28,075 nt of DNA from a virus (Duplodnaviria; Caudoviricetes): IMG/VR virus record IMGVR_UViG_3300049183_000008, positions 1 to 28,075 of that record. One strand, given 5' to 3'. Every line of letters begins with the position of its first letter. Position 1 is the first letter of the stretch. Made by a program: the position numbers and the translations under genes. The notes beneath the pieces are model-generated. The model worked only from the letters and a program-made list of their open reading frames with translations. It was not told the origin of the DNA and ran no database searches. Positions 7,326-14,306 of this stretch are shown here, in pieces.

Positions 7326-8942
7326 TTGTCCGACAACGACGAAACGAAAGCGCGGACGCCCGTTGCTCTCGTAGCCAGCGGCATGAGTCCACAGGAAGCG
7401 GCCACCTTGATTACCGACGGCGACAAGGACGAGTGGGACCCCGTCGACGCGGTGACCGTGGCCTACGTCAACCACAACGAGGTTGCCTACTCGTGGCACC
7501 ACAGCATGGTCGAGCTGATCGGCTACGACCTCACCAGCAAGGGCCGCATCATGCAGGGCGGCTACATCGCCTACCGCTATGGAACGGACGGTCTCGTCGA
7601 CGCCAGAAACAAGGCGGTGGAGCAGTTCCTGCAGGAGCGGGACGCGCAGTGGCTGTTCTGGATCGACACCGACATGGGCTTCACCGCGGACACCGTGGAC
7701 CGTCTCGTCGCGGCGGCTGACCCAGTGAAGCGGCCGATCATCGGAGGCTTGTGCTTCACGCAGCGGGAAACCAACGAGGACGGTCTGGGTGGATGGAGGA
7801 CGGCCGCCGCACCCACGATCTTCGACTGGGTGAAGGAAGGCGATCAGCAAGGGTTCGCGATCCGCTGGGACTACCCGGCTGACACGGTGGTGCCATGTGC
7901 CGGCACCGGCTCGGCGTGCATCCTCATTCACCGTTCGGTGTTTGAGAGGATGTTCGAGAAGTATGGCCGGTCGTGGTATGACAAGGCGTTCAACGCCAGC
8001 ATGAAGCAGGAGACCTCTGAGGACCTCAGCTTCTGCATGCGCGCCATCGCGATCGGCATTCCGGTGCATGTCCACACCGGAGTGAAGACGTCACACCAGA
8101 AAACGGTGTGGCTGTCCGAGAATGAGTACCGCGCGCAGCGGCCCCCCGTGCCGGCCACCGAAGAGGTCGCCGTCATCGTCCCGGTGATGCGACGCCCGCA
8201 GAACGCGGCCCCGTTCATGCGCTCTCTGCGCGCCTCGACGGGTTTGGCCACTGCATTCGCCATCGCCGACGCCGACGACTCGGAGACGATCGCGGCTTGG
8301 AGACTCGCTGGCGCGACCGTGCTGACCATGGACCTGGACAGCCCCGGTACGTTCGCGCAGAAGATTAACTACGGCTACGAGTGCATGGCACACCCGACCA
8401 GGTTGCTGACACTCCCGGCAATACCTCAAGACCAGGCCGACGAGTTCGTCGAGAGATTCGGTGGTGCATCAGATGCCTACCGCACCATCTATCTCTCTAC
8501 AACAACTGCGGCACCTCCGCCATGGCTGCTCGTCGTCGGTGACGATGTCCGGTTCCACCCCGGCTGGCTGGACCAAGCACAGGCCGTCGCAGGTGATCGC
8601 CTGCATGTGATCGGCACCAACGACCTCTCGAACCCGCGGGTCACATCTGGACAACACGCCACCCACGTTCTGATTCGGCGGTCCTACGTGGACGACGTCG
8701 GGGCATCGTGGGACGGCCCCAAGGTGGTCGCGCACGAGGGCTACAGGCACTGGTATGTGGACGATGAGATCGTGACCGCCGCCAAGCAGCGCGGCGTGTG
8801 GGCAATGGCCATCAACTCTCACGTCGAGCACCTGCACCCCGCGTGGGGCAAGGGAGCCCACGACGAGGTGTACGAGCTGGGGATGTCATTCGCTGAGCAG
8901 GACAAGGCCACGTTCGAGGCTCGCCTCAAGGAGAACTCGTGA
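7326..8942 (+). CDS. Two-domain GT-A (GT2-like) glycosyltransferase
   Basis: Domain 1: WLFWIDTDMGF (DxD), GTGSACILIHRSVFE, SEDLSFC; domain 2: VAVIVPVMRRP, LVVGDDVRF, HWYVDDE, VEHLHP; TTG start with TAAGGAG. Confidence 0.9.
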   Translation: MSDNDETKARTPVALVASGMSPQEAATLITDGDKDEWDPVDAVTVAYVNHNEVAYSWHHSMVELIGYDLTSKGRIMQGGYIAYRYGTDGLVDARNKAVEQFLQERDAQWLFWIDTDMGFTADTVDRLVAAADPVKRPIIGGLCFTQRETNEDGLGGWRTAAAPTIFDWVKEGDQQGFAIRWDYPADTVVPCAGTGSACILIHRSVFERMFEKYGRSWYDKAFNASMKQETSEDLSFCMRAIAIGIPVHVHTGVKTSHQKTVWLSENEYRAQRPPVPATEEVAVIVPVMRRPQNAAPFMRSLRASTGLATAFAIADADDSETIAAWRLAGATVLTMDLDSPGTFAQKINYGYECMAHPTRLLTLPAIPQDQADEFVERFGGASDAYRTIYLSTTTAAPPPWLLVVGDDVRFHPGWLDQAQAVAGDRLHVIGTNDLSNPRVTSGQHATHVLIRRSYVDDVGASWDGPKVVAHEGYRHWYVDDEIVTAAKQRGVWAMAINSHVEHLHPAWGKGAHDEVYELGMSFAEQDKATFEARLKENS

Positions 8943-9754
8943 AGCGCGTCGCGATCACAGGCGGCGGCGGCTTCATCGGCCGGTCAGTGACTCGGGAACT
9001 GGAGCGACGCGGCTTCATCGCCGTTTCGCTGGACCTGCCGGACCACGACGTCCGCACCTTCGACCCGCTGACGTTCGGCAACATGGACCTGCATGCAGTG
9101 ATCCACATGGCCGGCGTTCTGGGCACACACGAGCTATTCGACACCATCGATCTCGCCATCGACTCGAACGTTCGCGGCGCCGCGCGAGTCCTGGAAGCGG
9201 CCAAGGTGTGGGGGGCGCCGTACGTCGGCATCACGTTGCCCGCCGTGTTCCCGTCGGTCTACACCGCAACGAAGCTGGCGGCCGTCGGCCTGGAGCGGGC
9301 GTTCCACCACACCTACGGTCTGCCGGTGTCGAGGGTGCGGGCGTTTAATGCCTACGGCCCTGGCCAGAAGCATGGACCCGGCCATCCGCAGAAGATCGTC
9401 CCCACGTTCGCGACCGAAGCATGGGCCAATCGCCCGATTCCGATCTGGGGCGACGGGGAGCAGACCGTGGACCTGGTCCACGCCGACGATCTGGGCCGGA
9501 TGCTGGTCGACGCGCTTAACTATGGCGACGACGCCACGTTCGACGGCGGCACCGGCAAGGCCCTGACCGTGAACGAGGTGGCCGACTTCGTCCTAGACGT
9601 CACCGGCTCCACGGCGGGCAAAAAGCATTTGCCAATGCGGCGCGGGGAGCTTCCCACCCAGATCGTGGCCACGGGCGAGGGTTGGGACCGGTTGTCCTGG
9701 CGGCCCGAACTCGACCTGGACCGACTTGCCGAGACGGTCAGGAGCTACCGGTGA
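8939..9754 (+). CDS. NAD-dependent nucleotide-sugar epimerase/dehydratase (extended SDR)
   Basis: ITGGGGFIG Rossmann motif, VIHMAG, YTATK catalytic YxxxK, RAFNAYGPGQ, IWGDGEQTVDLVH; GTGA overlap. Confidence 0.92.
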   Translation: MKRVAITGGGGFIGRSVTRELERRGFIAVSLDLPDHDVRTFDPLTFGNMDLHAVIHMAGVLGTHELFDTIDLAIDSNVRGAARVLEAAKVWGAPYVGITLPAVFPSVYTATKLAAVGLERAFHHTYGLPVSRVRAFNAYGPGQKHGPGHPQKIVPTFATEAWANRPIPIWGDGEQTVDLVHADDLGRMLVDALNYGDDATFDGGTGKALTVNEVADFVLDVTGSTAGKKHLPMRRGELPTQIVATGEGWDRLSWRPELDLDRLAETVRSYR

Positions 9755-10389
9755 TCGCCGTGGTGAGTAGCGTCTACGGCGGGTACGACGCTCCCGTTCC
9801 TCCAGTGCCTCAGGACGTCGAGTGTGACTGGATTCTCGTATCGGATCGGGATTACGACTGCCACCCGTGGAAGGTGATCATCGAACCTCGGCCGCAGTTG
9901 CATCCGCGACTGGCAGCGAAGGTGGCCAAGTGCCGACCGGATCTGTATGCGGATGCCGACGTCGTCGTCTGGGTCGACGCCAGCATCCACATCACTTCGC
10001 CGTCATTCGTGTCGTGGTGCGTAGCCGGGCTCGGCGATGGAGAAGTTGCGCAGTTGCCTCACCCGATTCGGCGCCGCCTCAGCGACGAGGCCGCCGAGTC
10101 GCATGGGATGGCGAAATATGACGGCCTGCCGGTCTTCGCGCAGGTCGATGCGTACCTGTCCGCTGGCCATCCTGATGACTGGGGGCTGTGGGCCACGGGC
10201 CTCATCGTCTACAGGGGCCGTTCGCGGTTCGGGGACGCGTGGCTGCGTGAGCAGATGCGCTGGACATACCAGGATCAGCTCAGCGAAGCCCCGGTCCTGT
10301 ATGGCTATGGCATCCGGCCGGTGGACTTGGCCGGTGGCCTGTTCAACCATCCGATGTTCACCGTCCGAGGTCACCGGGACCACCTATGA
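9751..10389 (+). CDS. DUF616/TOD1-MUCI70-like glycosyltransferase
   Basis: VVSSVYGGYD, AK..K..P, VWVDAS, HP.R, DQLS motifs; GTG 9751 in GTGA overlap with AGGAG RBS. Confidence 0.78.
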   Translation: MIAVVSSVYGGYDAPVPPVPQDVECDWILVSDRDYDCHPWKVIIEPRPQLHPRLAAKVAKCRPDLYADADVVVWVDASIHITSPSFVSWCVAGLGDGEVAQLPHPIRRRLSDEAAESHGMAKYDGLPVFAQVDAYLSAGHPDDWGLWATGLIVYRGRSRFGDAWLREQMRWTYQDQLSEAPVLYGYGIRPVDLAGGLFNHPMFTVRGHRDHL

Positions 10390-10964
10390 AGGTCGACTAC
10401 AGCAGGGAACTGTTCGCCGAATATCAGGGCCGCTGCGGCGTTTGGTCAGATATCGTCGATCACTTGCCGACCCTGCACGCGACGGTCATGCGCTACGCCG
10501 AACCAGCGGTGATCGAGCTCGGCGTGCGGTCAGGCAACTCGACGGCAGCATTCCTTGCCGCCGCGAGCCAAGTTGACGGTCATGTGTGGAGTGTGGACAT
10601 CCAATTGCCGCAGGCCCCTGGCTGGTGGTGGGAAACCAAACTGTGGACCCCGATCGTCGGCAATGACCTCGACCCTGCCGTACTGGCGCGATTGCCGGAG
10701 CAGTGCGACGTACTTTTCATCGACACAAGTCACGCCTATGACCACACCTTACGGGAGCTCCGCACCTATGCGCCGATGGTGAGGCCCGGTGGCGTGGTGT
10801 TGTGCCATGACACGGAGCTCGAAGCTCCGGAACTGGTTGGCCCACAGCCGCCATTCCCCGTCGCGAAGGCGATCAGCGAGTACTGCACTGAGGCCGGGTT
10901 GGAATGGGTTAACAACACCGGCTGCTATGGCCTAGGAGTCATCGCGATCCCGGGAGCTGCGTGA
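10386..10964 (+). CDS. Class I SAM-dependent methyltransferase (Methyltransf_24-like, probable sugar O-methyltransferase)
   Basis: VIELGVRSGNST, WSVD, DVLFIDTSHAY, RPGGVVLCHDT; ATGA overlap. Confidence 0.9.
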   Translation: MKVDYSRELFAEYQGRCGVWSDIVDHLPTLHATVMRYAEPAVIELGVRSGNSTAAFLAAASQVDGHVWSVDIQLPQAPGWWWETKLWTPIVGNDLDPAVLARLPEQCDVLFIDTSHAYDHTLRELRTYAPMVRPGGVVLCHDTELEAPELVGPQPPFPVAKAISEYCTEAGLEWVNNTGCYGLGVIAIPGAA

Positions 10965-11572
10965 TGGCGCTCGGCGAAGTTTATGTCGATGAGGCAGACC
11001 TTAAGGAGCGCCTGAAGATAGAAGATGACGCCGACGCTGTTCGGCTGAACGGAGCGGTTCTGGCGGCGAGTCGCGGAATCGAGAAGTTCTGCTTCCGGCA
11101 GTTCAACGACGCTGGCGCCGTGTCGGCTCGGGTGTACCGGCCGGACTCGCACTGCAAGGTTCGGGTTGATGACTTCAGCACGACGACGGGCCTTGTGGTC
11201 AAGACCGATGACGACAACGATGGCGTGTTCGAAACGACGTGGTCCACGTCGGACTACGAGTGCGAACCATTGAATGGCATTGTTGATGGAGAGCCCGGCT
11301 GGCCGTTCTGGAGGATCAAGGCGGTCGACAACCGGATATTTCCTTGTTACCGGCGAGCCACCATTCAGATCACAGCGCGATGGGGATGGTCAGCTGTTCC
11401 GACGCCGGTGTCCGAGGCCTGTCGGATCGTCGCAGAGGAGATCTTCAAGCTCCGTGACACCCCGTTCGGCATTGGCGGCTACGGCGACTTTGGTGTGATC
11501 AGAGTGCGGGACAACCCGTTTGCCGCGCGCATGCTCAAGGACTACAAGCGCGACGCGCTGCTGGGGGCGTGA
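10961..11572 (+). CDS. Head-to-tail adaptor (gp6/gp15-like)
   Basis: YV...DLKERL.I.D..D...L...ASR.IE.FC.R.F; C-term WGWSAVP..V.EAC; L..YKR end; start GTG 10961 or ATG 10964. Confidence 0.85.
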   Translation: MMALGEVYVDEADLKERLKIEDDADAVRLNGAVLAASRGIEKFCFRQFNDAGAVSARVYRPDSHCKVRVDDFSTTTGLVVKTDDDNDGVFETTWSTSDYECEPLNGIVDGEPGWPFWRIKAVDNRIFPCYRRATIQITARWGWSAVPTPVSEACRIVAEEIFKLRDTPFGIGGYGDFGVIRVRDNPFAARMLKDYKRDALLGA

Positions 11573-11573
11573 T

Positions 11574-11981
11574 ATGGCCACCATCGACCAGATACGCGCT
11601 GCCATCAGGACCCGACTGAAGACCATCTCGGACCTCCGTGTTCCCGACAGGGTTCCAGACACGATCGATCCGGACGCCGCAGTTGTCCGATACGCGGGAA
11701 CCACGTTCGACACGACCATGTCCCGTGGGTCCGATGACCAGACTTACATCATCCAGGTGTTCACGTCGAAGGCATCCGACCGCGGCCAGGACGCCCTCTA
11801 TGAGTATTGCGAAGGATCGGGCGACCGTTCGGTCAAGGTCGCGGTCGAGGCCGATCCGACACTGGGCGACCTGGTTATGCATGCCGACGTGACCGAAGTC
11901 AGAGAACCGGGGACAGCCGCACCGGGTAGCGTCGACATGTATTCAGTGGAGATCGTCGTCATGGTTTGTGTCCAGCCGTGA
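11574..11981 (+). CDS. Tail terminator / head-tail completion protein
   Basis: 135 aa, MATIDQIRAAI, SVK.AVEADPTLG motif; position between adaptor and tail tube; ATG 11574. Confidence 0.7.
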   Translation: MATIDQIRAAIRTRLKTISDLRVPDRVPDTIDPDAAVVRYAGTTFDTTMSRGSDDQTYIIQVFTSKASDRGQDALYEYCEGSGDRSVKVAVEADPTLGDLVMHADVTEVREPGTAAPGSVDMYSVEIVVMVCVQP

Positions 11982-13009
11982 GATTCCTGGCGGCGCACCC
12001 GGGCCCCTCGTTCAGCGTTCATGACGTATACGTAGGTTGGGTGGAAGCCCTCCGCGACCTTGGTCAGCAGGTGTTCGAGTTCAACCTGTCCGACCGGCTC
12101 ACCTTCTACGACAGCGTGATGGTCGAGATCGGCAACGGGGAACCGCGAAAGGCGTTGGCGCCAGCGCAAGCACATGAGCTCGCGGTCAATGGGCTGTATG
12201 CCGCGCTGTATAAGACTCGACCTGATGTTCTACTGGCGGTGTCCGGGTTCTTCTACCAAGCGGACCTGCTCGAGTTGGCCCGCTCGTATGGGACCCGAGT
12301 GGTGTTGCTCCACACCGAAAGTCCCTACGAGGACGACCGCCAGTTGGAGATCGCCGCGCACGCCGACCTGAACCTCATCAACGACCCCACGAACATCGAT
12401 ACGTTCCGAACGGTCGCCCCCACGGTGTACGTACCTCACAGCTATCGGCCATCCATCCACCATCCCGGCACGGCCGACCCGAAACTGTCGGCGGACCTGG
12501 CGTTCGTCGGCACCGGTTACGCCTCCCGAGTCGATTTTCTTGAGGCGATGGATCTCGGCGGCTTGGACGTGCTGCTAGCCGGTAACTGGCAGCAACTCGC
12601 AGACGATTCGCCGCTGCGGAAGTTCGTCGCGCACGAACCCGACGAGTGCCTCGACAACGAGCAGACCATCGAGGTGTACCGCTCCGCCAAGATCGGGATG
12701 AACCTCTACCGGCGAGAGGCACAGGCCGCCCACTTGGCAGCGGGCTGGGCTATGGGGCCACGCGAACTGGAGATGGCCGCATGTGGCCTGTTCTTCCTGC
12801 GCGACCCGCGGCCGGAGGGCGACGAGCTGCTGCCGATGCTCCCGACGTTCGCCGGTCCGGGAGATGCCTCGGAGCAACTCCGGTACTGGCTGGCTCACCC
12901 AGACAAACGCCACGAGTTGGCGCGTCGAGCCCGCGAAGCCGTTGCCGATCAGACATTCACCAACCGAGCGGCCGAACTCCTCGCCCTGCTCAACAACAAG
13001 GAGATCTGA
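11978..13009 (+). CDS. CgeB-like GT-B glycosyltransferase (Glyco_trans_1_2 C-terminal domain)
   Basis: TESPYED, DLAFVGTGYASR, YRSAKIGMNLYR, GPRELEMAACG, TF.NRA..LL; GTG 11978 in GTGA overlap. Confidence 0.88.
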   Translation: MRFLAAHPGPSFSVHDVYVGWVEALRDLGQQVFEFNLSDRLTFYDSVMVEIGNGEPRKALAPAQAHELAVNGLYAALYKTRPDVLLAVSGFFYQADLLELARSYGTRVVLLHTESPYEDDRQLEIAAHADLNLINDPTNIDTFRTVAPTVYVPHSYRPSIHHPGTADPKLSADLAFVGTGYASRVDFLEAMDLGGLDVLLAGNWQQLADDSPLRKFVAHEPDECLDNEQTIEVYRSAKIGMNLYRREAQAAHLAAGWAMGPRELEMAACGLFFLRDPRPEGDELLPMLPTFAGPGDASEQLRYWLAHPDKRHELARRAREAVADQTFTNRAAELLALLNNKEI

Positions 13010-13010
13010 G

Positions 13011-13412
13011 ATGGGACGCATTGCTGGTAGGCGGGGCCGGGTCTACATGGGTATCGCGAGCGATACCGCGCAGGCCGAGCCGCTGCCTTTCATGGCGTCG
13101 TGGAGTCTTTCCGCCGAGTCGGACAAGATCGAAGTAACGGCCATGGGTGACACCAACAAGGTGTACGTGGCGGGTTTGCCGGACGCCTCCGGTGAGTTCT
13201 CGGGCTTCTACGACGACTCCACGAACCAGACCTACCTGGCCGCGATCGACGGGCTCCCGCGCAAGTTCTACCTGTACCCGAACACCCTGCTCACCACCCA
13301 GTACTGGTTCGGGACGATCCTGCCCGACTTCAGCGCCAACTCCGAGGTGTCGGGTGCGATCGAGGTGTCGGCGTCGTGGTCGGCGGCAACCCCGATCCAG
13401 AAGGTCGGCTAG
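13011..13412 (+). CDS. Major tail (tube) protein
   Basis: 133 aa; WSLS...D.IEVTAMGD..K.YVAGL.D.SG.FSGFYD typical siphovirus TTP; AAGGAG RBS; ATG 13011. Confidence 0.88.
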   Translation: MGRIAGRRGRVYMGIASDTAQAEPLPFMASWSLSAESDKIEVTAMGDTNKVYVAGLPDASGEFSGFYDDSTNQTYLAAIDGLPRKFYLYPNTLLTTQYWFGTILPDFSANSEVSGAIEVSASWSAATPIQKVG

Positions 13413-13859
13413 TTGATCACCATCCGGGTCCGCAACACGAAGGACTTCACCGCGCTCGCGCGACGTCTTCAGAGTGCGAGCCGGGAGTTGCGATCCGAGC
13501 TCTACAAGGCGATCAACCGCGCGACGAGACCTCTGAAGGAGGACGTGCGGGGGGCTGCCTACTGGCGACTGCCGAAGAAGGGCGGCCTCAACAAGCGCAT
13601 CTCGACAAGCAAGATCGTCACGAAGCGGCGGATGTCCGGCAACAACGCCGGGGTGCGGATCGTCGGATCATCGGGCTACGACATCGGCTCGATCAACCGC
13701 GGTCGGGTGCGACACCTCACGTTCGGACATCTGCCGTGGAGTGATCAGGCGGTGAAGCCCGGCTTCTGGACGGAGCCGCTGATGAAGGGCGCACCCGCGG
13801 TTCGCAAGGAGATCGACGAGGCGATGAAACGCATCGCCCGCGACGTCGAGAAGGGGTAG
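13413..13859 (+). CDS. HK97 gp10-like tail completion protein
   Basis: Basic protein; G.VRH..FG..PW..Q..KPGFWTEP...AP.VR.EI motif; TTG start. Confidence 0.7.
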   Translation: MITIRVRNTKDFTALARRLQSASRELRSELYKAINRATRPLKEDVRGAAYWRLPKKGGLNKRISTSKIVTKRRMSGNNAGVRIVGSSGYDIGSINRGRVRHLTFGHLPWSDQAVKPGFWTEPLMKGAPAVRKEIDEAMKRIARDVEKG

Positions 13860-13866
13860 GCAGGGG

Positions 13867-14166
13867 ATGGCAGCGATTCGGTTCGCCGTGACCTACAAGG
13901 ACGACAGAAAGGTCGAAGTTCGGGTGTCACCGAAGGCCCAGGTGATGTTCGAGGAGAAGTTCGACGTGGGCATGGGCGCGTTGTCGTCCCAGTCGATGAT
14001 GAAACACCTGTATTACCTGGCGTGGGCGGGTCTGCACTGCGCAGGGATGGAACCGAACGACTTCGACACGTTCCTCGGTCAGATCGAGGACGTGGAAGGC
14101 GTGGAGAGCGGTGAGAACGAGGACCCTACCCGGAACGCTCCTGGAACCGATCCATCGTCCAGTTGA
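13867..14166 (+). CDS. Tail assembly chaperone (G-like)
   Basis: 99 aa, between tail tube and TMP; ends E-D-P-T... Confidence 0.8.
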   Translation: MAAIRFAVTYKDDRKVEVRVSPKAQVMFEEKFDVGMGALSSQSMMKHLYYLAWAGLHCAGMEPNDFDTFLGQIEDVEGVESGENEDPTRNAPGTDPSSS

Positions 14167-14294
14167 GCGTTGAAACCGGAATCCCGTTCGAGGGGCTCGT
14201 CAATCTCGATGAGCGGGTGTTGGTCACCTACTGGGATGTGCTGCAGGAGCGGGGCGAACAAATGCGCGCCGCTCAGCGGAAACGGCGACGGTGA
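14124..14294 (+). CDS. Tail assembly chaperone C-terminal (T-like) segment, -1 frame relative to G
   Basis: PYPERSWNRSIVQLSVETGIPFEGLVNLDERVLVTYWDVLQERGEQMRAAQRKRRR; overlaps G end, fills gap to TMP. Confidence 0.72.
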   Translation, partial: PYPERSWNRSIVQLSVETGIPFEGLVNLDERVLVTYWDVLQERGEQMRAAQRKRRR

Positions 14295-14306
14295 GGGGGT
14301 TACCCA

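Noticed and set aside
7326-10964. DNA hypermodification or serotype-conversion (Gtr-like) role for the sugar genes
   Set aside because: No base hydroxylase/hydroxymethylase, flippase or membrane GT in the window; genes are coupled within the late structural operon. Not formally excluded
13410-13415. In-frame stop/start junctions suggesting read-through (TAG-TTG at 13410; also 22346-22354, 23630-23638)
   Set aside because: One third of junctions are in frame by chance; AGAAGG upstream of 13413 and reinitiation explain expression; fusions make no structural sense
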